Part shown: positions 1 through 9,387 of the stretch, one piece after another
Layout: each line of letters opens with the position of its first letter
Numbering within the stretch: the stretch's first letter is position 1
Origin: a virus
Taxonomy: Duplodnaviria > Caudoviricetes
IMG/VR virus record: IMGVR_UViG_3300032328_000860
Span: 159,438-223,437 of that record
Reading direction: 5' to 3' (one strand)
Length of the DNA stretch: 64,000 bases
Program-made: the position numbers and the translations under genes
Notes under the pieces: model-generated
Seen by the model: the letters and a program-made list of their open reading frames with translations, nothing else
Database searches by the model: none
Told to the model about the DNA's origin: nothing

Positions 1-28
1 AAGATCGTAAAAATGTGGAATAAAACAG

Positions 29-265
29 ATGTACATTAAATTAGTGTCTAAGCAAGATGAATGGTTTGATGCTGGTACAGAAGTTTTTGATGCTACGATA
101 TGTGACTGGGGAAGAAGCTTAAAAAGAATGTCTAAAGAAGACTATGAAAGCGTTTGGATTAAGGCGGGACATATTCTGGGGAGAGGTTTAAAAAACGGTT
201 TTTGGGATGAAGAGTTGTGTCCTCTAGAAGAATTTGAAATATCATATACAGAGGAACAAATATGA
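29..265 (+). CDS. hypothetical phage protein
   Basis: 78-aa ORF overlapping next start (ATGA). Confidence 0.6.
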   Translation: MYIKLVSKQDEWFDAGTEVFDATICDWGRSLKRMSKEDYESVWIKAGHILGRGLKNGFWDEELCPLEEFEISYTEEQI

Positions 266-795
266 TTACTAAAAGAAACGAAATTGGCAAATTGATGACG
301 CAGCACGGGTATAAATATGCCGCAGAAGTCGGTGTTCAGAATGGTATTTTTTCTAAACACATATTAGAAACATGGGATGGTCATTTAACTTTAATAGATG
401 CTTGGCAAAAGCTAGATAATTATATTGATATAGCGAATACTGATAATTTTTATCAAGAAATAGCATATTCTAATACAATAAAAAACACATCAAAGTTTTC
501 TGATAGAGTAAAAATAGTAAAAGGAATCTCTCCAGAAATATCTAGTATATTTTCTGATTATTCTTTTGATTTAATATATTTAGATGCTAATCATTCATAT
601 TCTGCTGTTATTTCTGATATTAAGTTTTGGATACAAAAAATTAAAACCAATGGATGTATTTGTGGGCACGACTACTTAGACGGTAATATACCACAAGGAA
701 ATTTTGGAGTCAAAAGTGCAGTAATAGATTTTTTTGGAAAGTCTCCGGATATTGTAACCAACGAAGATTGGCCTTCTTGGTTTATTTTCTTATAA
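262..795 (+). CDS. class I SAM-dependent methyltransferase (Methyltransf_24-like)
   Basis: AEVGVQNG, DLIYLDANHSY, GHDY motifs. Confidence 0.8.
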   Translation: MITKRNEIGKLMTQHGYKYAAEVGVQNGIFSKHILETWDGHLTLIDAWQKLDNYIDIANTDNFYQEIAYSNTIKNTSKFSDRVKIVKGISPEISSIFSDYSFDLIYLDANHSYSAVISDIKFWIQKIKTNGCICGHDYLDGNIPQGNFGVKSAVIDFFGKSPDIVTNEDWPSWFIFL

Positions 796-806
796 GGAAT
801 AGTATA

Positions 807-1460
807 ATGCAAACAAAACTAGTATCTATAACTCCAGACGCAGAAAAACTGATGGCCTATTGTGCTAGGGTATCGAATCCAAAAGGACAAGACTCCGAAA
901 ACTATGCCAAACTTTTAAAATACTGCATAGATCATCAACATTGGTCTATATTTGAAATGGCATTTCTAACTCTTGAGATCAATACCACAAGAGGAATTGC
1001 TGCTCAAATTTTACGTCATCGTAGTTTTACCTTTCAAGAATTTAGCCAAAGATATGCAGATACCACACTATTATCAGAAGATATTCCTGTTTTTGAGTTA
1101 AGGCGTCAAGACAATAAGAATCGCCAAAATAGCATAAACGATATAGATGATAAAATTAAAGCTAAATGGAATATGAAGATTAGAGAACATTTCTCAAAGG
1201 CTAAAAGTCTTTACGACGGTATGATAGCAGATGGAATCGCTAAAGAATGTGCTAGATTTATTTTGCCTTTGGCTACTCCTACTAGACTATACATTAGTGG
1301 CAGTATCAGATCTTGGATACATTATATATCATTACGAGAAAAAACCGGAACCCAAAAAGAACATCAAGATATTGCTAAAGAATGTAAAAGTATCTTTTGT
1401 GAACAGTTTCCTATTATAGCAGAATCTTTAGGTGGCTCAGATAAAGACTGGAATATATAG
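807..1460 (+). CDS. thyX: FAD-dependent thymidylate synthase
   Basis: HWSIFE, QILRHRSFTFQEFSQRY, ECARFILP; AAGGA SD before ATG 807. Confidence 0.95.
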   Translation: MQTKLVSITPDAEKLMAYCARVSNPKGQDSENYAKLLKYCIDHQHWSIFEMAFLTLEINTTRGIAAQILRHRSFTFQEFSQRYADTTLLSEDIPVFELRRQDNKNRQNSINDIDDKIKAKWNMKIREHFSKAKSLYDGMIADGIAKECARFILPLATPTRLYISGSIRSWIHYISLREKTGTQKEHQDIAKECKSIFCEQFPIIAESLGGSDKDWNI

Positions 1461-1461
1461 C

Positions 1462-1638
1462 ATGAACAAGTATAATGTAACAGCACAAGTTTATAATAAA
1501 TTTGACAACGACAAGCAAACTCTTCTAATGAATGATATTATATCAGCATCTTCTAATCAAGATGCTATAAAAACTTTTCAAGAAATATATTCTGTCGATC
1601 ATGAGATAGTTAAGATTTATTCGGTTGAAAATCTATAA
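1462..1638 (+). CDS. hypothetical protein
   Basis: short ORF filling operon gap. Confidence 0.55.
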   Translation: MNKYNVTAQVYNKFDNDKQTLLMNDIISASSNQDAIKTFQEIYSVDHEIVKIYSVENL

Positions 1639-1649
1639 AGGAAAATGGT

Positions 1650-2273
1650 ATGGATACTAAACTAACTTTTATTACCAAGGTAGTTAAAGAACTTCTTTAT
1701 AATGGATTCTCAGTTTTTTTACACAATAAAGAATCCTTGAATGGTTATGGAGGATGGTTTGGTACTGATACTGGAGAAGAAGAATTTGTGGTGGCTATGA
1801 AACATCATATGGGTTTTGAAATATTCATCCACGAATATTGTCATTTTTTACAATGGAAGTATAATAGGGCTTTTTGGGATAGTTCAACAGAATATTACGA
1901 CATATTATTTGATTGGATAGAGAACAAAGACATGATAGTTGCAGATGAGATTCTGGATAAAAGCCTACATACCATATTAGCCATAGAACACGATTGCGAA
2001 AGTCGTGTTTTAAAATTAGTGGAGCTTAATCCTATAGAAAACTTTGATAAGGATAAATATATTAGAGCTGTAAATTCTTATTTATGGAGTTATCATATTA
2101 ATAAAGAATTAAGGAAAAGACCCAAAAATCCCATATATACGGAAAGACTTCTAGCAAGTATGCCTAACACATTCAATAAAGACATAAACTTTTATCTAGA
2201 TAAGAATAATCTAACCCAAAGCATGAGAGAAGCTTTGTTGGTGGAATACGAAATAAATTCAACTCAGGCTTGA
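1650..2273 (+). CDS. putative HExxH zinc metallopeptidase-like protein
   Basis: IHEYCHFLQW plus downstream EHDCE. Confidence 0.55.
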   Translation: MDTKLTFITKVVKELLYNGFSVFLHNKESLNGYGGWFGTDTGEEEFVVAMKHHMGFEIFIHEYCHFLQWKYNRAFWDSSTEYYDILFDWIENKDMIVADEILDKSLHTILAIEHDCESRVLKLVELNPIENFDKDKYIRAVNSYLWSYHINKELRKRPKNPIYTERLLASMPNTFNKDINFYLDKNNLTQSMREALLVEYEINSTQA

Positions 2274-2297
2274 CTTTGATCCGATATAGAGTACAAT
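2270..2297 (+). promoter_or_regulatory. sigma70-type promoter for uvsE
   Basis: TTGACT-16-TACAAT, CCGATA in spacer. Confidence 0.7.
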
Positions 2298-2316
2298 GCT
2301 TGAATAAGGAGTTTTT

Positions 2317-3258
2317 ATGGGTAAATTGGGCCTCTGTTGCATTAGCCTACATCTAAAAGAACAAGGTTATAGCTTTAAAACTATGACTTATAAGCGATTT
2401 TCTAGTCTACCTAGAAATGAAGCTTTGGAAATTCTTGGTGATCGTATTCGTAATAATATGATCGTTACAAATGAGACTATTAAATATTGTGCAGAGAGTG
2501 GGTGGGTCTATAGGGTTTCTTCCGATCTTTTCCCTTTAATTACTTTTGATGAAGCAAATATCTCATTAGAAGATTTGCCTAATCATGATCTAATTCAAGA
2601 CGAATTCGATAATATAGCACAAACTATTATAGATACAGGAGTGCGTGTCTCAGCTCATCCTTCTGAGTATAACAGTTTAGCTAGTTTATCTGAAAAGGTT
2701 GTAGAGAAAACAATCACAGAACTTAATTTTTATAGTAGTTTTTTTGATAGGATCGGACTCCCAGCAGATCATAGATCGCCAATGAATTTTCATATACATT
2801 CTAATAGCGGAACTAGAGAAGAAATATCTCACAGATTTTATAACAATTTCAAAAAATTAGATGAGAATTGTCAAAAACGTATCACAATAGAATGTGATGA
2901 TAAAATTACTTGCTGGAGCGTTAAGCGACTAACTGATATTTTTCATCCTATCACACAAATACCTATCACATTCGATTATTTACATCATAAATGTCATCCA
3001 GATAATCTTTCGGAAAGAGAGGCTATTAATATGTGTTATGATACATGGCAGACTTTGCCGCAGTTTCATTACAGTGAATCTGCACCAGGAAATAATCCTA
3101 GAAAACACGCAGATTACGCTACTCAGCCTATCAATACCTATGGTTTAGAGTTTGATTTGGACTTTGAGATTAAACAAAAAGATTTGGCTATTGCTCATTA
3201 TCAAGAACTTTATCCGACTTTCGGAAATTGTCGGCAGCCCACAATGGCTGCAAATTAG
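2317..3258 (+). CDS. uvsE: UV-damage endonuclease
   Basis: LGLCC, YRVSSDLFP, RVSAHP, ECDDK, FDYLHH, HYSES, RKHAD, EIKQKD. Confidence 0.92.
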   Translation: MGKLGLCCISLHLKEQGYSFKTMTYKRFSSLPRNEALEILGDRIRNNMIVTNETIKYCAESGWVYRVSSDLFPLITFDEANISLEDLPNHDLIQDEFDNIAQTIIDTGVRVSAHPSEYNSLASLSEKVVEKTITELNFYSSFFDRIGLPADHRSPMNFHIHSNSGTREEISHRFYNNFKKLDENCQKRITIECDDKITCWSVKRLTDIFHPITQIPITFDYLHHKCHPDNLSEREAINMCYDTWQTLPQFHYSESAPGNNPRKHADYATQPINTYGLEFDLDFEIKQKDLAIAHYQELYPTFGNCRQPTMAAN

Positions 3259-3829
3259 AATAATGAAAACATATCTTCTGTTGTTCTGGATCAGTCATAT
3301 CAAAACTAGAACAAGGAATAATATGGTCTATATGCCATCCATAAAACCCATAGTTTTCCCAATTCATACCATCAGTAAATTGCTTTTGTAAATGTATTCT
3401 TAATTCAGTGCTAGTACATCCAATCATCTCTGTAGTTAATAAATATTTTTTGCGACTTTTAAGTATACTTCTCACTCTTTTTCTTAAATTCATAGTGATT
3501 CTAAAATCTAAATCGTTCTTATATCTATTTTGCCAATATTGTTTGACTTTAGGATAATTGGCATAATAATATTGATTACTTCTCACTTTAATTTTATCTT
3601 TGTGTTGTTCATATCTCTGTTTATCATATTCTGATTTTTTGAGTTTATTGTTTTTACGATTTTTTGCATACCTTTTTTTATTTTTAGAATAGTATTTATG
3701 TAAATAATTATTCAAACATTTTTTGCACTTAGCAGTTAGTCCATACTTACCCAATTTCGCTTTATTAAAATATTCATTAGTTGCCGGAAATGCTTCTTGA
3801 CAGACCGTACAAACTTTGGTATAATCCAT
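3188..3829 (-). CDS. free-standing HNH homing endonuclease
   Basis: N-terminal CxxC pairs; GMNWENYG..WHIDHIIP..HYSNLQPLW..N..K; convergent with and overlapping uvsE 3' end. Confidence 0.85.
   Translation of the reverse strand: MDYTKVCTVCQEAFPATNEYFNKAKLGKYGLTAKCKKCLNNYLHKYYSKNKKRYAKNRKNNKLKKSEYDKQRYEQHKDKIKVRSNQYYYANYPKVKQYWQNRYKNDLDFRITMNLRKRVRSILKSRKKYLLTTEMIGCTSTELRIHLQKQFTDGMNWENYGFYGWHIDHIIPCSSFDMTDPEQQKICFHYSNLQPLWAADNFRKSDKVLDNEQ
3797..3825 (+). promoter_or_regulatory. consensus sigma70 promoter antisense to the HNH gene start
   Basis: TTGACA-17-TATAAT exact match. Confidence 0.7.
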
Positions 3830-3842
3830 GATAAGTTCCAAT

Positions 3843-3945
3843 AAAAAACGCCCAAGCAACAGTTGGTACGAGCAACCATCACAAGAGCGTTTGTATTATA
3901 TTAATGTAAAAAGTATCTCGTACATACTTCATATTTTTATACACC
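3843..3945 (-). ncRNA. structured 5' leader of HNH gene: two hairpins with complementary 7-nt loops, second followed by U-tract
   Basis: loops GUACGAG (3917-3923) and CUCGUAC (3866-3872); G-U pairs only on minus strand; GGTGTA motif at 3940-3945. Confidence 0.6.
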
Positions 3946-4021
3946 AAAACTCGATAACCTGCCCCTATATCGTCGCAAACCTAATATAATAAAGAGAAAC
4001 ATTCTTGTTAAGGAGAGACTC

Positions 4022-4168
4022 ATGAGCGGATGGCTAATAGCACTAACTGGTTGTATTTATAGTTATGTTAGTATAGAACAATTCTGTAAGGGAAATTATG
4101 GACTTGGCATAGCATATGCAGGATATTCGTTTGCAAATTGTGGATTATATCTTTTAGCAACTAAATAG
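4022..4168 (+). CDS. small membrane protein (48 aa, below ORF-track cutoff)
   Basis: AAGGAG SD; MSGWLIALTGCIYSYVSIEQFCKGNYGLGIAYAGYSFANCGLYLLATK. Confidence 0.65.
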   Translation: MSGWLIALTGCIYSYVSIEQFCKGNYGLGIAYAGYSFANCGLYLLATK

Positions 4169-4300
4169 GGTGAATTATGGATGAATTAAGAAATAGACCA
4201 GAACCCAAAAAAATAAAGATGCCTCCTCTGGTTGACCGATCTAAGATGTATGATACAATCGGTTGGCACGACATTGATGACCTTTGGATTAAAGAAAAGC

Positions 4301-4759
4301 ATGAAGATAATAACGAAAACAATTCGCAAGGCTTACCAGAACTGGAATCCTTGTAAAAGCGTTAGATGTTATCACTACACAGGATGTTTTGATGGCACTA
4401 AGCTTATAGCGTTCACTCAAAATAATCCTATTAAAACCCACGCCGGTGCTTATCGAATAGGTGAAGATTTTAATCTTCCTAAATATAAGGAATATCCATA
4501 TTACCACTCTGAATCTCATCTTGTTTCTCAACTTTTGGATCGCTACAATACCATTGATCCTAATTGGTCGATTGTTGTTATGCGAATTAATCGAAAGGGA
4601 TTGATTCTTGGCAGCAAACCTTGTGAAAATTGTAGTAAATTGCTTAGTGCTGTTGGTTTGAACGACATTTATTATAGCACTGATGATGGAAATTTTAGCG
4701 ACAGTTTTGGAAATTTTATTACAGTAGAAGGGTTGACAATGTCGATGGCTAGGGTATAA
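4301..4759 (+). CDS. cytidine/dCMP deaminase-like zinc protein
   Basis: HSE...SKPCENC matches HxE...PCxxC. Confidence 0.75.
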   Translation: MKIITKTIRKAYQNWNPCKSVRCYHYTGCFDGTKLIAFTQNNPIKTHAGAYRIGEDFNLPKYKEYPYYHSESHLVSQLLDRYNTIDPNWSIVVMRINRKGLILGSKPCENCSKLLSAVGLNDIYYSTDDGNFSDSFGNFITVEGLTMSMARV

Positions 4760-4760
4760 T
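4733..4760 (+). promoter_or_regulatory. sigma70-type promoter
   Basis: TTGACA-16-TATAAT. Confidence 0.75.
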
Positions 4761-4936
4761 CTTAGAACAAAAGAGGTTGAATATGCTATTGTCTTTAAGT
4801 GACAATGAAACCGATACGTTAAAGTGGGTGCTATATATTGCAAAATTAGAAGCGAACAAAAGTTTTCCTAAGTCGGGTTTGTTAGCCAATGTTGAAAACA
4901 TTATACTCAAAGTAAAGAAACAAACAGGAGAGTAAT

Positions 4937-5155
4937 ATGAACTGCATCTACTGTAAAAATTGTGTTGGAATTGATCGGTATGAGTTTCTTGTTGAAACTG
5001 GTCGTAGAATAGTCTGTAAAGAATGTAGCGTAGAAAATAGAGCGGTGGGGTACAATGATTTTTCTCATAAAACAGCCCCACAACTTGTAATGGTTCCATC
5101 AAACGCTACTGAAACTATTCGTAAACTTGATAGAGCAAACCGGAGAGCAAGATGA
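4937..5155 (+). CDS. small C4 zinc-finger protein (TraR/DksA-like spacing)
   Basis: CIYC...R......CKECS; GGAG SD. Confidence 0.55.
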   Translation: MNCIYCKNCVGIDRYEFLVETGRRIVCKECSVENRAVGYNDFSHKTAPQLVMVPSNATETIRKLDRANRRAR

Positions 5156-5373
5156 ATAAAATGACTTGGCTAGACTTGTACAATTTTCTAAACGAAAGAG
5201 CCAACAATATTAATGCTGTTGGGACTTTTGATTGGAATAGACCAGTATTAGTACATGATGCTGCTACTGGTGACGAGTTTTCATGTGATACTTATTATGT
5301 AAGCGATGATCGCGGAGAGGATCGTCTGGTATTAATTACTAATATTGAAAAAATTTTTGAGGAGAATTCTTAA
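5152..5373 (+). CDS. hypothetical protein
   Basis: translationally coupled ORF. Confidence 0.6.
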   Translation: MNKMTWLDLYNFLNERANNINAVGTFDWNRPVLVHDAATGDEFSCDTYYVSDDRGEDRLVLITNIEKIFEENS

Positions 5374-5618
5374 TGGATATGGAAATCGAAAGTCTTTTGT
5401 TTAAGCAAGTTGAAAAACCAAAACAATTTTTAATGACAAAAATAATTAATATATTCGATAATAGATATCGTATTAACGTATATATAGAAATTTTTGAAGA
5501 TAATTTGATTAAAAAGCGTATCCACAGCAGTTATTTCTGTCATTATAAGCCTGGATCATTAGTTATTATCTCTGATACAGACGGGGAAAAGGATGTTAAA
5601 TCTGTTAGGTCTTGGTGA
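5373..5618 (+). CDS. hypothetical protein
   Basis: translationally coupled ORF. Confidence 0.6.
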   Translation: MDMEIESLLFKQVEKPKQFLMTKIINIFDNRYRINVYIEIFEDNLIKKRIHSSYFCHYKPGSLVIISDTDGEKDVKSVRSW

Positions 5619-5654
5619 TCTGATGCTTCTGAGAAAATTCTTAAAGAGTCTGTC

Positions 5655-5682
5655 TTGACAAAGCCGATAGTTCTGGTATACT
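5655..5682 (+). promoter_or_regulatory. sigma70-type promoter
   Basis: TTGACA-16-TATACT, GCCGATA in spacer. Confidence 0.75.
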
Positions 5683-5721
5683 TAGAGCATACTTACTACT
5701 AAACTACGGAGACTGCTGATT

Positions 5722-6129
5722 ATGGCTAAAGGACAAAAAACTTGTGAAAAATGCGGAACAATGACTGGCCCAAGAGCATATATGTGCAAGAATTGTAATA
5801 CTCCTTTTATTTTCAAGGCAAAAAGTAAGGAAGCAAAAAACACAAAAATTATTAAGAATGTTAATTGGCGTGAGTTGATTAAGGGTGATAGAATTAGAGT
5901 TGCTGGTGGCCCATATTTTGTGAGTAAGGGTGAATTTATTCCTATGGGTTATAGGGGTCGTTTTGTTGTGGAAGGTGTTGACGAGCATGGTATTAGGGCT
6001 TTTGGCCTTGATAAGCACCAAGGATTCTGTCATATCTATATGGCTGGAGATATTCAAAATCCAGAAACTAAGGTATGGAAAACAGCACATAAACTTATTA
6101 AACTCAAGCAAAAAGAATTGGTACAATGA
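5722..6129 (+). CDS. zinc-ribbon protein
   Basis: CEKCG..GPRAYMCKNC. Confidence 0.65.
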   Translation: MAKGQKTCEKCGTMTGPRAYMCKNCNTPFIFKAKSKEAKNTKIIKNVNWRELIKGDRIRVAGGPYFVSKGEFIPMGYRGRFVVEGVDEHGIRAFGLDKHQGFCHIYMAGDIQNPETKVWKTAHKLIKLKQKELVQ

Positions 6130-6410
6130 CTTTTACACAAGAACAAAAACATCAGCTTAATCGCTTAATGGATCATCGTGATGAGATAATCAAGTCTTTG
6201 TTTCATATTGAACGTATTCTAAAACATTATTTTCCAGAAGAATTTGATGTTGCCTATCAACACTGGATTCCTCAAATCAGTACCGCTCTTTATGAGGATA
6301 AAAAGTGGCTGCCTAGAGGTCAGCAAACCATGCAGCATTGTCTAAATCGGCTATTTGATAAGTTAAAAGAAGAACAAGACGAAAAGGGTGTATATAAATA
6401 CGTAGTTTAA
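6126..6410 (+). CDS. hypothetical protein
   Basis: coupled ORF. Confidence 0.6.
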   Translation: MTFTQEQKHQLNRLMDHRDEIIKSLFHIERILKHYFPEEFDVAYQHWIPQISTALYEDKKWLPRGQQTMQHCLNRLFDKLKEEQDEKGVYKYVV

Positions 6411-6425
6411 ACAAGGATTTATGTT

Positions 6426-6815
6426 ATGTCTAAAATTTATGCTATTGTTGATGTACCCGGTTATGTTTCTCAGATGAGAGAAGCTGCTGCTAAGAGTTTA
6501 TCTGAAAATTATTCTGATAATTTAGACGATTACATTAGTATTGGTCAGATGGTCGTGCTTCTTAAAGAGGAGTGTCTTGGTTTTGATGATAACAACAGAC
6601 CACTATTGAACGAGGATACTAATTCAGAAATTTTTGATCAAACTGCTACTTGGATATATAATGTCGGCCTTGCCAAATTAGCCTCTCAAGACCTAATAGA
6701 ATGTGCTTGGGATAATACTACTAATGCAATGGTATTTTGGTTTAAACAAAAAACATCAGAAACTAAGGCCAAAAATGAATACAAACGAAACAAAAATAAA
6801 AAATCTAAAGGATGA
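6426..6815 (+). CDS. hypothetical protein, paralog of 27152..27586
   Basis: LAKLASQDLIECAWD..NAMVFW resembles LSELAAKGMIESAYD..NDFVFW. Confidence 0.65.
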   Translation: MSKIYAIVDVPGYVSQMREAAAKSLSENYSDNLDDYISIGQMVVLLKEECLGFDDNNRPLLNEDTNSEIFDQTATWIYNVGLAKLASQDLIECAWDNTTNAMVFWFKQKTSETKAKNEYKRNKNKKSKG

Positions 6816-6936
6816 AATAAATCATCTAAAAGAATATTTACTATCTGATTGTTGCCGACAATGTTCGGAGATAGTTTCTAAAATTGAAGAATACGAAAAG
6901 AAAATAAAAAAACTCACAGACGAATATATTGGATAA
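6775..6936 (+). CDS. small coiled-coil protein
   Basis: ORF with CCRQC, internal ATG. Confidence 0.45.
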   Translation: MNTNETKIKNLKDEINHLKEYLLSDCCRQCSEIVSKIEEYEKKIKKLTDEYIG

Positions 6937-7006
6937 CCCAATTATTGTGAAAATAATGCCGTGGACGCTAGTGCTGCCATGATAAATAAAGGATTAGGAG
7001 TAAATA

Positions 7007-7204
7007 ATGATAGATAGAATGAAATATTTTCCAACTAAAACATTTATGTTTATTATTTTAACTATTTCTGTAGTGATCAATATTCATTTATACAACGAAT
7101 TAAAGAGTGAACAAGGAAAAAGATACTGGATTAGCACCAGTGAATATAAGCAAATTGTGAATGAGATTGAGAGGTTGGAAAAATCTTCTTTGGGTGTACA
7201 ATAG
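7007..7204 (+). CDS. small membrane protein
   Basis: AGGAG SD, N-terminal hydrophobic helix. Confidence 0.55.
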   Translation: MIDRMKYFPTKTFMFIILTISVVINIHLYNELKSEQGKRYWISTSEYKQIVNEIERLEKSSLGVQ

Positions 7205-7210
7205 AGATAT

Positions 7211-7560
7211 GGGCTAGTAAAGGTATCGACAGGTAAAATAGGTATAGATCGCATCGACTGGTTAATCGACCGGCCAGTTTAAAAGTCGATTAAAATTGTT
7301 AATTGGCGAAAGAACTTTCGCTCTCGCTGCCTAATTAGTTAGGTACTGAGTGGGGCGGCATGAGCCTTATTACCCAATCATGCTGACTCCGATATTCGGA
7401 TACGGTAGTCCTACCAGACATAAATAGGAATGATGATTGTACTCAATCTGACGCAGATAACTCTGATAGCTTTGTTGGTAGTGTGATAACAATCAACTAA
7501 CGATGTAGAAGTTTATATTGATGTTTATTCTGGACGTGAGTTCGACTCTCACCTAGTCCA
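7211..7560 (+). ncRNA. ssrA: tmRNA; tag peptide (A)GERTFALAA* at 7305-7334
   Basis: acceptor GGGCTAG/CTAGTCC with G3-U70 Ala determinant, 5' TCGAC motif, T-arm GTGAG-TTCGACT-CTCAC, tag ending ALAA; CCA not encoded. Confidence 0.93.
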
Positions 7561-7581
7561 CTGAATTTAAAAGGATAGATT

Positions 7582-8826
7582 ATGAATCGTCGCCACTTCT
7601 TAAATCACTCTGCTGCAATTTCATCGTTGTCAGCATCTTCTTTATTCTTTACTGATTCTATCCTAGCAAATGCCAATGAGCTAAAAAAGAAGAATAAGAG
7701 TGCTATACTTTTGTGGATGAGCGGAGGCCCAAGCACTATTGATTTGTGGGATTTAAAGCCGGGTGCTGCTACTGGTGGAATTTTTAAGCCAATATCTACT
7801 AGTGCTGATGGAATTCAAATATGCGAACATCTGCCACTAATGGCACAACAAATGCACCACATGAATATTGTTCGCTCAATGAGTACCAGAGAAGCAGACC
7901 ATACCAGAGGTCGCTACTATATGCACACAGGATATGTCCCTAATCCTAATATTGAACATCCTAGTTATGGATCAGTAATTTCTCATGAATTAATGTCCAG
8001 TATACCACAGATTGATATTCCTCCGTTTGTTAGTATTGGAGGAGCTAGTATTGGTGCTGGATTTTTAGGAACATCTTATTCTCCATTCGTAGTTAATTCT
8101 AATGGAACTGTTCGTGATCTTACTATGGATATAGATCAATCTAGATTAGATCAAAGACTTCGTATGCTTAAAACTATTGAGGATAAATTTGTTAATGAAA
8201 AACGTGGAGATTATGCTTCTGACCACTCTAAGCTATTGACTAAAACAGTTAAGCTAATGACCAGTCTTCAGATGGATGTATTAAAAGTATCTAAAGAACC
8301 AAAAGAAGTTCAAGAAAGATATGGCAATACAGGATTTGGTAAAGGTTGTTTAATGGCACGAAGATTAGTAGAGATGGGTATTCCATTTATTGAGGTTGAT
8401 CTTGGTGGCTGGGATAATCATACTGATATTTTTAAGACTCTACAAGATCAAAAGTTGCCAGAATTAGATAAAGCTATGAGTGCTTTGATTAGTGATCTAA
8501 ATGATAGAGGTCTACTACAAGATACTGCTATTATTTGTATGGGAGAATTTGGACGAACCCCAAATATCAATAGTAATGGTGGACGAGATCATTGGGCTAA
8601 AAGTTGGAGTGTTGTTGTTGGTGGAGCAGGATTTAATGGTGGCACAATTATCGGAGAAACCAGTAATGATGGTAAGGAAGTAATTACTGAACCATATACG
8701 TCACAGGACTTGATGGCGAGTGTTCTTAAATCACTAGGAATCTCATTAGAAACAAACTTTACTGCCAAAAATGGACGACCAATGAGAATTGCTAATAGTG
8801 GCAAACTTATTAAAGAACTATTTTAA
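7582..8826 (+). CDS. DUF1501 family protein with Tat signal
   Basis: MNRRHFL; LWMSGGPSTIDLWD; GCLMARRLVE.G; GWDNH; GEFGRTP; GRDHW. Confidence 0.9.
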   Translation: MNRRHFLNHSAAISSLSASSLFFTDSILANANELKKKNKSAILLWMSGGPSTIDLWDLKPGAATGGIFKPISTSADGIQICEHLPLMAQQMHHMNIVRSMSTREADHTRGRYYMHTGYVPNPNIEHPSYGSVISHELMSSIPQIDIPPFVSIGGASIGAGFLGTSYSPFVVNSNGTVRDLTMDIDQSRLDQRLRMLKTIEDKFVNEKRGDYASDHSKLLTKTVKLMTSLQMDVLKVSKEPKEVQERYGNTGFGKGCLMARRLVEMGIPFIEVDLGGWDNHTDIFKTLQDQKLPELDKAMSALISDLNDRGLLQDTAIICMGEFGRTPNINSNGGRDHWAKSWSVVVGGAGFNGGTIIGETSNDGKEVITEPYTSQDLMASVLKSLGISLETNFTAKNGRPMRIANSGKLIKELF

Positions 8827-9218
8827 TGTCTAGAAAAATTTGTACTTATTGTGAAAAACGTAAAAACTTAGCAAGTTTTCCCAAGCATAGTATGTACAAA
8901 GATAATCTTGATAGCAGATGTAGAAAATGTGTCAAGAAACACTCCAAGATTAGAAGCAAGCTACATAAAAAAGCACCACCAAAACCAGAAGTTTGTGAGT
9001 GTTGTGGAAAAATTCCATTTAAATGGTGTTTGGATCATGACCATAGTGATGATAGCTTTAGGGGATGGTTGTGTAGCAAATGTAATGAGGGTCTTGGTAA
9101 ATTAGGAGATAATTTAGACGGTGTAATTAAAGCTGTTAACTATTTAATAATGACTAAAAATAGGAATCAGCAAAATGAATCTTTACAACAAATGGATTCA
9201 ACACCTAAAAGAAAATAA
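8826..9218 (+). CDS. endonuclease VII-like HNH protein
   Basis: CECCG..LDHDH....RGWLCSKCN.GLG. Confidence 0.85.
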   Translation: MSRKICTYCEKRKNLASFPKHSMYKDNLDSRCRKCVKKHSKIRSKLHKKAPPKPEVCECCGKIPFKWCLDHDHSDDSFRGWLCSKCNEGLGKLGDNLDGVIKAVNYLIMTKNRNQQNESLQQMDSTPKRK

Positions 9219-9378
9219 TATGACATATTTTGAACATTTAATTTTTGCATTTTTTTATGGGTGGTCTTGTTTACTTGCGGGATTTTTTTTGATTATTCAT
9301 GCTTTTTTACCTTGTTTTTTTCCAACAGCAGGAAGTGATTTGGTAACTAAACTTAATAAAATATTTAATAAATTCTAA
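9175..9378 (+). CDS. small membrane protein (DUF6356-like)
   Basis: HL....MTYFEH..FA...IHAFLP.FF...S. Confidence 0.55.
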   Translation: MNLYNKWIQHLKENNMTYFEHLIFAFFYGWSCLLAGFFLIIHAFLPCFFPTAGSDLVTKLNKIFNKF

Positions 9379-9387
9379 GGATTTATT

